Notes under the pieces: model-generated
Seen by the model: the letters and a program-made list of their open reading frames with translations, nothing else
What the model was told of the DNA's origin: nothing
The model's database searches: none
Translations under genes and position numbers: made by a program
Shown here: in pieces, positions 26,802 through 36,343 of the stretch
Layout of the letters: the number at the start of each line of letters is the position of its first letter
Numbering within the stretch: position 1 is the first letter of the stretch
From: an uncultured Eubacteriales bacterium
Lineage (GTDB): Bacteria; Acidobacteriota; Aminicenantia; Aminicenantales; Aminicenantaceae
Direction: 5' to 3'
Length of the DNA stretch: 64,000 nt
Assembly: GCA_964429795.1 (NCBI GenBank)
Contig: CAYSCW010000009.1
Coordinates: forward strand, 12,756 to 76,755

Positions 26802-27015
26802 CTGCTCAAGACTTTAAGAATTTTACCAGACTATTCTATAGACATGCTCAAGACGATGTCAAGTGTCTTTCAACAGGTGAATTTTTCTAATTTGCTGATA
26901 ATAAATAAATTGTTAGCTTTAATGTCTCTCCTCAACCTAAAATATCCCAAACAATTCAACCATACGGGATGGAAAAAGCCGTTTGAAATACTTGGAGTAA
27001 GGACTTAGGATTCTT

Positions 27016-27207
27016 CTAACTCTTACCTTCTAGGAACGCAACGAGGTCTTCTTCATTGGCCCACCACCGTCTTCCAATCTTCTGAGCCTTGATTTTCCCT
27101 GTTTGTACCAGCTTCAGAGCCGTCACTTTGGAGATTTGGAGCTTCTCCTGGATATCCTTCAAGGAGTATTGATAGATGATTTTGCTTCCTAACCAGATAG
27201 ATCTCAT
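27016..27207 (-). CDS. Small excisionase-family helix-turn-helix DNA-binding protein
   Basis: 63 aa; 'SLKDIQEKLQISKVTALKLVQTGKIKAQKIGRRWWANEEDLVAFL' matches the excisionase/MerR-like HTH_17 pattern. Confidence 0.55.
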   Translation of the reverse strand: MRSIWLGSKIIYQYSLKDIQEKLQISKVTALKLVQTGKIKAQKIGRRWWANEEDLVAFLEGKS

Positions 27208-27423
27208 TTTATTATCCTTAATTATACTTTTATTTTCTTTATTATAATAAAATATACCAATAAATTGTCAAGTCATTTCTTAAGGAACAATTTTCCTCGC
27301 TGGGGAAAATTAACTTGCTGACGAGCTCCTGCCCTTTCCCTATCACGGATGTGCATTTTGAGGCTGCTGCCCCTTGTCCTCAGGGAAAACGGAGGTTTTT
27401 ACCACATGTAAGATTATGTGCTT

Positions 27424-27714
27424 TTAGAAGCCGGTTTTTAGCACTTCCAATTTTTGTGCAGGGATAAGGATGGCCTTAAGGTCCCCCTGAGCATCTGTCT
27501 GCAGCTCAATCTTTATGCCTCCAAGCTCCAGCATAAGCGAGCAAGGTGCTCCCTCTTGGGATTCGAGGGTAAAAGGAACTTCAAGCTGGGGGATGATGTA
27601 GGCCGAAAGCTCGATCCTTTCCTCAAGATCACAGCGATATTTTTTTGCCAAAACTAGATAGGGAGAAAATATGGGGTTAGGCAGAAGGAAGAGGAAAAGA
27701 ATTTTCTTGGACAC
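27424..27714 (-). CDS. Small hypothetical protein at the end of the YbjQ operon
   Basis: 96-aa ORF with a GTG start 21 nt after the YbjQ stop; hydrophobic N-terminus; no known domain. Confidence 0.3.
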   Translation of the reverse strand: MSKKILFLFLLPNPIFSPYLVLAKKYRCDLEERIELSAYIIPQLEVPFTLESQEGAPCSLMLELGGIKIELQTDAQGDLKAILIPAQKLEVLKTGF

Positions 27715-27735
27715 CCCGAGCTGCTTCTCTATCTT

Positions 27736-28050
27736 TTATTCGACGATAACCGCTGTACCGTAGGCCAAAATTTCAGAGGCACTCTGCATGATCATTGATG
27801 TGGTAAAGCGCACGCTGATGATGGCATTGGCTCCCAGACTCTCTGCTTCCTCGATCATCCGGTCGAGGGCCTGTTCCCTTGATTCAGCCATCATCTTGGT
27901 ATAATCGCGAATCTCTCCTCCCACTATGTTCCGCAGAAAAGCGGAAATATCGCGTCCCAGATGACGGGCCCGGATTGTATTTCCGCGGACGAGGCCCAGA
28001 TTTTTTTTTATCGTCTTCCCAGGAACAAAATCCGTGGTCACCAGAATCAT
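27736..28050 (-). CDS. YbjQ/UPF0145 family protein (putative heavy-metal-binding domain)
   Basis: Full-length match to the ~105-aa YbjQ family; its start overlaps the anti-sigma stop by 4 nt (ATGA). Confidence 0.8.
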   Translation of the reverse strand: MILVTTDFVPGKTIKKNLGLVRGNTIRARHLGRDISAFLRNIVGGEIRDYTKMMAESREQALDRMIEEAESLGANAIISVRFTTSMIMQSASEILAYGTAVIVE

Positions 28051-28493
28051 TTTTCAACCTCCTTATACCTTTCCCTTTTGCGGACAAAAAGCCGCTCCCT
28101 CAGGAGAGAAACCAGTAAAACCACGATTCCTGCCATAGACGCCAGTATCCCCACCTTCAGGAGGAGGGGAGTGGCAGAGTCGTGTATAATCCCTTCCACC
28201 GCTTTGTAACCGCCGAAAAAGAGTAGAATGATCGCTCCGATGGAGAGCAGAATCCATCCGATTCTCCTTTCAAGGCGGTTATAAACAGAGGTCCAATAAA
28301 TTTGCCAGATTTCCTTAGGAGGCTCTTTAAGCTCCATCTTGCTCATCGCTTCCTCCAATTTTCCCATCTCCTCGAATTCCTTGCGGCATTCCGGACATTC
28401 CTCAAGATGTCTCTTCAATGTCCTTTTGTTCTCCTCATCCAGCTCTCCATCATAATAGGAGGAAATGAGTTCTTTGATCTTTTGATGTTCCAT
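28047..28493 (-). CDS. Membrane anti-sigma factor, zf-HC2 type
   Basis: N-terminal HxxxCxxC zinc motif (HLEECPEC) followed by two TM helices; directly downstream of the ECF sigma gene. Confidence 0.7.
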   Translation of the reverse strand: MEHQKIKELISSYYDGELDEENKRTLKRHLEECPECRKEFEEMGKLEEAMSKMELKEPPKEIWQIYWTSVYNRLERRIGWILLSIGAIILLFFGGYKAVEGIIHDSATPLLLKVGILASMAGIVVLLVSLLRERLFVRKRERYKEVEK

Positions 28494-28498
28494 TCAAA

Positions 28499-29113
28499 TC
28501 ACCTAAGATTTTCCTGTTCTGAGCCCAAGTATTTTGCCACGATTTCCTTGAGCTTTCTCTTGGCATAATAAAGAGAGGACATAACCGACCCAATGGGCTT
28601 GCCTGTCATCTCTGAAAGCTCCCGATAGGAAAGCTGTTGGAAATAACGAAGGATGATGACTTCCCTCTGCTCGAAGGGAAGCTTGGCTATGGCCTTCCCT
28701 AGCGCCTCCCGAATTTCTGCATTCTGTCTTTCATCCTGGGAAGCTTCGGTTCCTTCCAGGGGAACTTCGCTGCGTTTTTTCTTCTTCCTTAAATAATCGA
28801 GGCAAAGGTTCTTCATCAGCTTGTAGAACCAGGGAAAGAAAGCCTTCTCTGTGTCAAATCTTTTGATCTTGCGGAAGGCCTTGATGAAGGCCTCTTGAGA
28901 AAGGTCAAGGGCATCCTGGTGGTTGTGAACAAAACCGAGGGTGATATAATAGGCCGACTTCATGTATTTCTTGACGATTTCTCCATAAGCTTCTCTGTTT
29001 CCCTTCTTGACCAGCTCAAGGATTTCTCTCTCAGAGAGGATTTTTTCTGCTCTCATTTCAACCCATACTCCACATAACGCGGCCTTTCTTTCCATGGCTC
29101 TCTCTCTGGCCAT
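28499..29113 (-). CDS. ECF-family RNA polymerase sigma factor
   Basis: Sigma-70 regions 2 and 4 (…LSYRELSEMTGKPIGSVMSSLYYAKRKLKE); the true start may be the internal MRAEKIL. Confidence 0.85.
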   Translation of the reverse strand: MARERAMERKAALCGVWVEMRAEKILSEREILELVKKGNREAYGEIVKKYMKSAYYITLGFVHNHQDALDLSQEAFIKAFRKIKRFDTEKAFFPWFYKLMKNLCLDYLRKKKKRSEVPLEGTEASQDERQNAEIREALGKAIAKLPFEQREVIILRYFQQLSYRELSEMTGKPIGSVMSSLYYAKRKLKEIVAKYLGSEQENLR

Positions 29114-29159
29114 CTTTTCTCTTCTCCGTTTACCACTACTGTTTCTCTGGCGGATTTAT

Positions 29160-29906
29160 TCATTTTTCTCTCTTCTTCATCCTCTGCCTGACAACCTCGT
29201 AGAAAAAAACCGATGCAGCCGAAGCCACGTTGAGCGAAGTGATCTGACCGAGGAGAGGGATGGAGAGAATCTTATCACATTTTTTTCTCACTAAGGGCCT
29301 TAGCCCTTTCCCTTCAGAACCGAAGACCAAAGCGATGGGAAGGGTGAAGTCAAACTCATACCAGAGTCCTGGTCTCCCCCCTTCTGCCCCCACTATCCAT
29401 AATCCCTTCTTTTTTAAATCATCCATGGTTTGAGCTAAATTTTTCACTCTGGTTACCTTGATATGCTCCAATGCCCCCGCTGAAACAGAGCGGACAACTG
29501 CTGTCAGGCCTACGGACCTTCTTTCGGGAAGAACGATGCCATCCACTCCAGAGCCTTCTGCAGACCGGATAATGGCCCCCAAATTCTGGGGGTCCTCGAC
29601 TCCATCAAGCAGAACCAGGAAGGAAACTTTCGAAGGAGCCAGGATGACTGAAAGTGGCGTGTACTCTTTTGCCGCAATAAACGCCACCGCACCCTGGTGG
29701 TTTCGCTCGATCCGGTCAAGGCTTTTCTTGGGGACGAAGAGAAGTGGGATGTCATTGGCCTTTGCCTCCCGGATGAGCTCGCCCAGTCTTGCGGGCCCTT
29801 TCTCCTTCTGAATCCATATCTTGTTGATGCGCATGGGAGATCGACGGGCTGCTTCCAAGAGGGAATTGAGGCGGCTGATCCTATCCAATTCTTTATTGGT
29901 TTTCAC
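29160..29906 (-). CDS. rlmB: SpoU/TrmH-family 23S rRNA (guanosine-2'-O)-methyltransferase, RlmB-like
   Basis: SpoU methylase motifs (…LVFGSEGKGLRPLV…ILSIPLLGQITSLNVASAASVFFYE) with an N-terminal substrate-binding domain. Confidence 0.75.
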   Translation of the reverse strand: MKTNKELDRISRLNSLLEAARRSPMRINKIWIQKEKGPARLGELIREAKANDIPLLFVPKKSLDRIERNHQGAVAFIAAKEYTPLSVILAPSKVSFLVLLDGVEDPQNLGAIIRSAEGSGVDGIVLPERRSVGLTAVVRSVSAGALEHIKVTRVKNLAQTMDDLKKKGLWIVGAEGGRPGLWYEFDFTLPIALVFGSEGKGLRPLVRKKCDKILSIPLLGQITSLNVASAASVFFYEVVRQRMKKREK

Positions 29907-30302
29907 AGGTTTTATTTCCGATATAATCTATATCACAACCGAGGAACATTTCAAACGCTGAACACCTTGCAAAGGACGCAGCATGTCTATTCGGATGCCA
30001 TAAATGCCGGTTCATTTTCAGTGTGATAGACTTATTTCTGCATATTTAGAGGCGAAATTTGTGCTGTTTTCACCCGATCAAGAAAAGGAATAAGGTTTTG
30101 ATGTCTATGGCCTCGATCAGAAAACTTTTAAATCCCAACGAGATAAATGGCTGGAACTCTGGAAAAAGGAATTATTAACTGGGGCCATACGGATGTCCTA
30201 TCGGGCAATGCTTTGTCATATTTCATCACGAATAAAATCGTTGAAATCTAATCATTTAAAGAATGGACCAAATCTGCATCGAAATGGAAAAGACGTTCTG
30301 TA

Positions 30303-30330
30303 ATAGAGATGCGATCGGCAACAAAGTTCC
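30303..30330 (-). promoter_or_regulatory. SigmaE-like promoter GGAACTT-N16-TCTAT on the minus strand, upstream of rlmB / ECF sigma / anti-sigma / ybjQ
   Basis: Reverse complement of 30303-30330 reads GGAACTTTGTTGCCGATCGCATCTCTAT, matching the classic RpoE-type -35/-10 at 16-nt spacing. Confidence 0.4.
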
Positions 30331-30332
30331 GC

Positions 30333-31592
30333 TTAAAAATATACCTTAAAAGATGAAAAAAAAATATCAGGATAGCCGCCGAACTCTGACCGGAATCTTT
30401 TTCCCAAAAAGGGTGCTTTTGGATCATGAATTTCAGGTCCCTTTCCAAGACCGATAAAAGCACCGGCAGACAGATATATATTAGGGGAAATGTTATACTC
30501 TACATGCGGAGCAAGGAAGAGTGAAGGGTCGGTAAGATTGATCAACGCCTGACCGCTGAATATGATAAGAGGCGAAACCTGGTAGCTGACACCAGGAATG
30601 AGATAATGTTTGCCCATTAGATAAACTGCTCCCTCCAGCCTTCCTGGCTTTAAAATATTCAGCAGATAATCTTCCCATCGATCAGCTCCTGCACTGCTAA
30701 AGTGATACTCCAGGAACCCGTATGTCTTTCCGCTGAAGCTGTAATCCAACCCTACAGTAGTTCGCACATAATTATTCCCTTCTCGCTCCTTGTCCTTTCT
30801 AAAAGCATCGACCATCACATAAGCTCCTTCAAACCAGAACCCTGCTCCGCCCAAGGAGCGGGCGATATCCCAACCCGCCATCAGGTTTTCCGCAAATCCT
30901 AGGAACAAAAAAGAGAAGTCTGTTTTTGCGGCGTAGAATTTGCCGCGGATATAAAAAGCGCTCTTTTTGAACTTGAAGTCTTCACCGAAGATATAGCCTG
31001 AATCCATCTCCCCCATGAAACCGAGAGGGATCCGGATCCTGACGGCGTCTACTCCTATACGATCCTCCGTATCCAGCTCATCGAAAGTAAAGGGAGCCAC
31101 GATATCTGTGGGATTGATAATCCGTGAACTTCCCCAGGCGATGGCCTGTCTGCCGATGAAAATGTCTGCAGCAGCGGTTCTTACGGTCAAAAAGGCTCGG
31201 TCAAGATTGTGAAGAACAGCGAAGCTTCCTGGTTCATCCTGTTCAGGATACAACCTCCGGCGAAAATCGTTAAAACGGTAGCGAAAAGGATCAATCTGGG
31301 CCACGATCAGGTTTTCCTCAGAAAGAGCGGGGTCCTGGATCCGCAGAAGAACATTGTATGAGAGCGAGAAGGATAACCATTCATTGGGATCATAAAAAAA
31401 GTCCAGCCTCAGCCGGTTGCTAACCATTCCCATGGGCTTATCAGAAGATGTGGCTATCGAAGAATTAACCACAGCCGGCGGATCAAAGACCACAAAAAAA
31501 TTTTTATAGTAGCCGGTGAGGGAAAAATGACTGCCGAATGCAGGAGCCACCCCTAAGATCATAAACAGAAGGAGAAGGGCGTACTTTTTCAT
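30333..31592 (-). CDS. Hypothetical outer-membrane beta-barrel protein, probable outer-membrane component of the adjacent ABC export system
   Basis: Signal peptide; beta-strand periodicity; C-terminal …SFKVYF; 24 nt downstream of the ABC ATPase gene. Confidence 0.5.
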   Translation of the reverse strand: MKKYALLLLFMILGVAPAFGSHFSLTGYYKNFFVVFDPPAVVNSSIATSSDKPMGMVSNRLRLDFFYDPNEWLSFSLSYNVLLRIQDPALSEENLIVAQIDPFRYRFNDFRRRLYPEQDEPGSFAVLHNLDRAFLTVRTAAADIFIGRQAIAWGSSRIINPTDIVAPFTFDELDTEDRIGVDAVRIRIPLGFMGEMDSGYIFGEDFKFKKSAFYIRGKFYAAKTDFSFLFLGFAENLMAGWDIARSLGGAGFWFEGAYVMVDAFRKDKEREGNNYVRTTVGLDYSFSGKTYGFLEYHFSSAGADRWEDYLLNILKPGRLEGAVYLMGKHYLIPGVSYQVSPLIIFSGQALINLTDPSLFLAPHVEYNISPNIYLSAGAFIGLGKGPEIHDPKAPFLGKRFRSEFGGYPDIFFSSFKVYF

Positions 31593-31616
31593 GGAAGAGA
31601 ATGAATATTTTCTGTA

Positions 31617-32321
31617 TCAGTCCCTGACTTCATCGCTGGCCACCTGACCATCCCGAAGGGAAATCAACCGCCTGGCCTTCCTCATCACAGTATGATCATG
31701 GGTGGAAAAGATAAAGGTCATCCCGGTTTTCTCATTCAGTTCCCGCATCATGTCCACCAGGGCTCCTCCGGTCTTAGAATCGAGGTTGGCTGTAGGCTCA
31801 TCAGCCAGAATCAGCGCTGGCTGGGAGACCATGGCCCGGGCGATAGCCACCCGCTGTTGCTGTCCTCCAGAAAGCTGGGGCGGCCGGCGTCCTTCGAATC
31901 CCTCCAACTCCACATCTTTCAAGATTTTCATCACCCGCTCATGCCTCTCCTTCTTGGGCACTCCCTGAAGGAGCATGATGTATTCGATATTCTCTTCTAC
32001 TGTCAAAACAGGAATCAGGTTGTATGCTTGGAATATGAATCCGATGTTGTCCCGGCGAAAATCAGAGAGTTCCCGGGCATTCATCTCGGAGAGAAGCTGA
32101 CCTCGCAACCACACCTTCCCCTCCGTGGCTTTATCCAGGCCAGATATGATGTTGAGGAAGGTAGTTTTACCTGACCCGGAGGGACCCACGATGGCGGCGA
32201 ATTCTCCGGATCGGATGGCTAAATCCACTCCCCGAACAGCAAGGACAGGCACGCCTTCATCGGAATAAGTCTTTGTCAGGTCTTCGGTGACGATGATATT
32301 GCCGTTTTTGCCTTCATTCAT
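31617..32321 (-). CDS. ABC transporter ATP-binding protein (MacB/LolD-type)
   Basis: Walker A GPSGSGKTT, signature LSGGQQQRVAIARA, Walker B ILADEPT. Confidence 0.9.
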   Translation of the reverse strand: MNEGKNGNIIVTEDLTKTYSDEGVPVLAVRGVDLAIRSGEFAAIVGPSGSGKTTFLNIISGLDKATEGKVWLRGQLLSEMNARELSDFRRDNIGFIFQAYNLIPVLTVEENIEYIMLLQGVPKKERHERVMKILKDVELEGFEGRRPPQLSGGQQQRVAIARAMVSQPALILADEPTANLDSKTGGALVDMMRELNEKTGMTFIFSTHDHTVMRKARRLISLRDGQVASDEVRD

Positions 32322-32331
32322 TTCTCTCTCC

Positions 32332-33561
32332 TTACAGGCTTTTCCTCATGGCATCAGCCGGGACGATTCTGGCTGCATAGACAGCCGGATAGATTCCGGC
32401 AATTTCGGTAAAAACAAAGACCCAGAAAGGATAGAAAATAAACTGTTTGAGTTTCAATACAGGATAGAGCAACTCACGGAAAGTTATCCCAGCAAACTCG
32501 ATTCCCGTGTAGTCTATTCCCACCTTTGAGGTGATGTAAGTGATGAGAAAGCCCAGCATGATCCCGATTCCTATGCTCAAAACAGCCAGGGCTCCGGCCT
32601 CAAAGATAATCAACCGGGCAATCCCGAAAGGCCTGGTGCCCACAGCCCGCAGAACCCCAAATTCAAACATACGCTCATGCAGGGACATGAACAGGGTGTT
32701 GATGATCCCCAGGGCCACTACCCCGAAGAGAATAAGACCGACGATATAGGTGCTGAATGTGGATATCTCCAGAGCTCCCTTCAATTGGGGAAGAATATCT
32801 GTAAATCCTTCGGCATTATTGCCATACTGCGAGTATTTCTTCCAGAAAGGCAGATTTTCATCCTGGCCAAATCGGGGATCCGTGAAATTGATGGCGATTT
32901 CATGAACATCATCTCCTATGCCCAGCATCTGCTGCGCTTTCTCCAGGCGAACAAAGGCCATCCCTCGATCCATCTCCTGTACGTTGAAATGATAAATCCC
33001 CGAAACCCGGAACATCTCTTGAGAAAGGTCTCCCGTCTCTGCCTGAGCAACTGTAATCACTATCCGATCATCGAGTCCGACCTCCAGGATTTCAGCCAGC
33101 TTGCTGCCGATAATGATATTCCTCCCGGCCCCTTCTTCAAAATAAGATCCTTCCCTGAGGGCCTCATCGATTTGAGAAAGATGGCGTTCAGTGGAAGGGA
33201 CCACTCCAACTAGACTGATGGCACTCATGTTGGAAGCGGAGCTGATCATAGCAAAACTCATCACTCGGAGCGTGAAATGCTTGACAATGGTCTCTTGGTT
33301 TAGGTTTGACACAATCCAATCCAACCTGTTTATGGTTTTTTCCACCTCCTGGGTTTTGCGGAATCCTTCTCCATGAATCTGGCCCTCCCCCAGGAATGAA
33401 GAGGTTGCGGAATGAATCATGTTCCTCTCCATCCCGATGATCAAGGCATCCACAAAGATCAAAGATGCCAGGCCAATCCCGATGGCTGTCCCTGCGATGA
33501 ATGAGCGGCGCTTGTTGCGAAAAATGTTTCGCCAAGCAAGCTTGATGTATGTCCGGATCAT
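32332..33561 (-). CDS. FtsX-family ABC permease with MacB-like periplasmic domain
   Basis: N-terminal TM helix, large periplasmic domain, C-terminal FtsX four-helix bundle ending …GIYPAVYAARIVPADAMRKSL. Confidence 0.85.
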   Translation of the reverse strand: MIRTYIKLAWRNIFRNKRRSFIAGTAIGIGLASLIFVDALIIGMERNMIHSATSSFLGEGQIHGEGFRKTQEVEKTINRLDWIVSNLNQETIVKHFTLRVMSFAMISSASNMSAISLVGVVPSTERHLSQIDEALREGSYFEEGAGRNIIIGSKLAEILEVGLDDRIVITVAQAETGDLSQEMFRVSGIYHFNVQEMDRGMAFVRLEKAQQMLGIGDDVHEIAINFTDPRFGQDENLPFWKKYSQYGNNAEGFTDILPQLKGALEISTFSTYIVGLILFGVVALGIINTLFMSLHERMFEFGVLRAVGTRPFGIARLIIFEAGALAVLSIGIGIMLGFLITYITSKVGIDYTGIEFAGITFRELLYPVLKLKQFIFYPFWVFVFTEIAGIYPAVYAARIVPADAMRKSL

Positions 33562-33570
33562 CTCTTCCCT

Positions 33571-34785
33571 CTAATGAATTCTCATAGCCCTCGCCGGATC
33601 GATCCGAGCCGCCCTCAAGGCAGGAAAAACACTTATCACGGATGCTGCCAGCAGAACAGTTAGGGCAGGAATAAACAGGCTGCGAGCACTCACCTGCGAA
33701 TAAAATTTATTAAACTCTATCCCTCCATAGGTAAAGGAGGTAGGCATAGACACGCCATGGATGGAGAGTAGGTAATTGATCAGGATGCTGAGCCCCGCTC
33801 CCACCACAATGCTGACCACTGCTATGATATTGACCTCAACCAGCACTTGCCAAAAAATTTGCCGGGGCTTTGTCCCCAAGGCCTTCAGCACGCCGTACTC
33901 CCTGGTGCGCTCCAGCACCGACATCAGAACCGTATTAAGGACTCCCACGGCTACGATGAGAATTATCACAAAAAGCATAACCCACATTCCCTGCAGATCA
34001 GCTTTCATGGCCTGATAAAAGGATTTGGCAAATTCTTTCCAGGGATCTACGGTCAAATGGGAGGCGTTCAATTCCTGGCTTATCCTTTTGGTCAGGGCCT
34101 CCACCCGATCAAGATCCCGGACCACAATGGCGATTTCGTGAATCCTCTCCCCCAGCACGAACAGCTGTTGGGCCTCACCCAGAGTAAGGTAAAAAGCCAT
34201 CCGGTCGCTCACCTCATCTCCACTCTCCAGGATACCGATAACCCGGTAGAGATCATTGGCGATGGAGCCATCAGCAGCCTGAGAAACGATGACCGCTTCA
34301 TCTCCCGGTTGAGCATGAAGAACCTCAGCAAGCCCTTTTCCCAGAATCGCCTCAGAGGAGGAGTGCGGAGAGAAAGGATTTCCTTCGATGATCTTCTTGT
34401 TAAAGCGGGTGGTTTCCTGCTCCAGGGCAGGGTCGATTCCTATGACCTGGACGGCTGCGCTCTTGTCTTCGACCGATGCCAGACCCGAAGAGAACAACCG
34501 AGGCGCCCAGGCTTCGACTCCTTTCAGGTTTTGTATTTTTTCTCCAATCCGATGGTAGTCATCGATAGTCTTGTAAAGGGAAGGCTTATCCAGATAGCCC
34601 TCTCTGTGGATCTGAATGTGTCCCAAGCGGTTCCGGGTAAACATGTTGATCACATAGGCATAGGTTCCTTCTCCCCAACCTATGGAGATGGAGGCAAGGA
34701 CAAAGCCTCCGAACATGGTGAGTGCGGTTAATATGGTCCTTCGTCTCTGACGAAGGGCATTGCGGAAGGCAATTTTCAAAGTCAT
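33571..34785 (-). CDS. FtsX-family ABC permease with MacB-like periplasmic domain (second subunit)
   Basis: Same architecture as the neighbouring permease; C-terminus …VFPALRAARIDPARAMRIH. Confidence 0.85.
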   Translation of the reverse strand: MTLKIAFRNALRQRRRTILTALTMFGGFVLASISIGWGEGTYAYVINMFTRNRLGHIQIHREGYLDKPSLYKTIDDYHRIGEKIQNLKGVEAWAPRLFSSGLASVEDKSAAVQVIGIDPALEQETTRFNKKIIEGNPFSPHSSSEAILGKGLAEVLHAQPGDEAVIVSQAADGSIANDLYRVIGILESGDEVSDRMAFYLTLGEAQQLFVLGERIHEIAIVVRDLDRVEALTKRISQELNASHLTVDPWKEFAKSFYQAMKADLQGMWVMLFVIILIVAVGVLNTVLMSVLERTREYGVLKALGTKPRQIFWQVLVEVNIIAVVSIVVGAGLSILINYLLSIHGVSMPTSFTYGGIEFNKFYSQVSARSLFIPALTVLLAASVISVFPALRAARIDPARAMRIH

Positions 34786-34841
34786 CGATCTATTCTTATG
34801 GATGAGAGGAGCGGAAAATTATTCGGGCCGCTTTCCCTCCA

Positions 34842-35633
34842 TCAAGAACCCTCATCTCTTATTCTTCTGGATCTGAGGTTTCTCAAACTGAAGACATCCG
34901 AAGGCAGCTCCACATTGAAATCTATGTCCAAATACCGGATGACTGTCCTGTATCCTTCCTTCGTCTGGGGAATCAGCTCCATCAGCGACGGAATCTTTCT
35001 TTCGTCGAATGCCTTGATGTCTTTAAAATACATCACCCGCATCAAATTGCCTTTCTCATTGTAGTATCTCTCCCAGACAGGGATGTAATCCTCGTCTCTG
35101 ACTGCGACAATGACCTTCCCCCAGACTATGGGCAATCCTTCCTTGGGGATAAACTCGATGTAGAGAAGTCCCTCCTGAGCATCATCGGGAATGATAAGCT
35201 GATAAGAGTAATCATCCACAAAGGTAAATTCTCTCACCAGATCATCGTTGGTAAAGTCAGAGCCCATCCAGGAGCCCATCATCATCGAAGGGGGGATCTT
35301 CATCACTTTGTTGGTCTTAGGAAGGTAATTCCACATCTCATTCCCCACTCTCAAAGTAGCCACTCCTCTTTCCTTAGCTGGGGAAAGGATACGGATGAAG
35401 GTCTTCTCCATCTCTTCTGTCCAGGCCCTCATCTTCAGCGTTCGCTCCCAGTGAGGGGTCACGATCTGCATCTCTAGCTCAGAATAGGAGGAGCGGCTCC
35501 GATAGAGCTCATCGATCTCCTTTACAATTTTTTCAACATCTGACTGGGTAGAATCCCTCTCAGCCCAGAGTAAAAGAGAAAGGATGCATGCTATCCCAAA
35601 AATCAAAAGCATAGCCTTGTTTCGGATCATCAT
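34842..35633 (-). CDS. LolA-like outer-membrane lipoprotein-sorting family protein
   Basis: Signal peptide and ~260 aa; LolA-like periplasmic proteins of this kind are commonly encoded next to FtsX-type exporters. Confidence 0.45.
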   Translation of the reverse strand: MMIRNKAMLLIFGIACILSLLLWAERDSTQSDVEKIVKEIDELYRSRSSYSELEMQIVTPHWERTLKMRAWTEEMEKTFIRILSPAKERGVATLRVGNEMWNYLPKTNKVMKIPPSMMMGSWMGSDFTNDDLVREFTFVDDYSYQLIIPDDAQEGLLYIEFIPKEGLPIVWGKVIVAVRDEDYIPVWERYYNEKGNLMRVMYFKDIKAFDERKIPSLMELIPQTKEGYRTVIRYLDIDFNVELPSDVFSLRNLRSRRIRDEGS

Positions 35634-35803
35634 TTCCTGAAGATTATTCCAGATAGAGACCTGCTTGTCAAAATGAAATGTCTATCGGCATATTGCAGGG
35701 TTTAAGCCTTCCCTCTTCATGGAGAAGAAAACCCTCTATCCAATAAGGAAAAGAGGCCACCTGAAAGGGATAGAGCGGCAACAAGAAGTCTGATCTGCGG
35801 CAT

Positions 35804-36331
35804 CTATTTCTTCTGAAAGGTATATGTCCTTTGTCCCTTTCTCAAAAGACGGAAAATTCCCTTTCTTGTTATTCCAGACAGGATATCCTCTTCCTTCAGG
35901 TGATGGTCGCTGAAGGAGAGGATCCCATCAGGCTTAAGCACTCTGGCCAGTTCGGCCAACACCACATCCGGGACTTTTAGTTCATGGAAGACATCATAGA
36001 CAAGAACAACATCCAGGATATGATCGGGAAGTCCAGTGTCACCATCCGAGGAAATGACTTCTATGTTCTGACGTCCTTTCCTTCGTGATTTCTTTTGCAC
36101 ACTTTTAAGGGCCAGAGGATAGACATCCAGAGCATAGACTTTTCCTTCTTCGCCCACCATCTTGAATGCGGCCAGGGAAAAGCTTCCCGGACCACAGCCA
36201 AAATCAAGCACCAGGTCGCCTGGCTTAATCCCTGCTTCCTGAAGAATCTCTACCGGAGGATGGAAGATGTCCCGGAAGCGGAGGGTCATGGCCATGAGTT
36301 TGAAATGAATATTACTCATAAGTCTTGACAT
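35804..36331 (-). CDS. Class I SAM-dependent methyltransferase
   Basis: Motif I 'VLDFGCGPGSFS' and motif post-I 'ALDVY'. Confidence 0.65.
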   Translation of the reverse strand: MSRLMSNIHFKLMAMTLRFRDIFHPPVEILQEAGIKPGDLVLDFGCGPGSFSLAAFKMVGEEGKVYALDVYPLALKSVQKKSRRKGRQNIEVISSDGDTGLPDHILDVVLVYDVFHELKVPDVVLAELARVLKPDGILSFSDHHLKEEDILSGITRKGIFRLLRKGQRTYTFQKK

Positions 36332-36343
36332 CAGTTTATCCTT

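Noticed and set aside
27016-27207. Excisionase-family HTH as evidence for a prophage or integrative element
   Set aside because: No integrase, transposase, att-like direct repeats or phage structural genes occur anywhere in the window. It is treated as a standalone regulator or relic.
33847-34731. 294-aa plus-strand ORF opposite the FtsX permease gene; similar cases at 31692-32174 and 32677-33213
   Set aside because: Antisense to genes with clear ABC/FtsX motifs.
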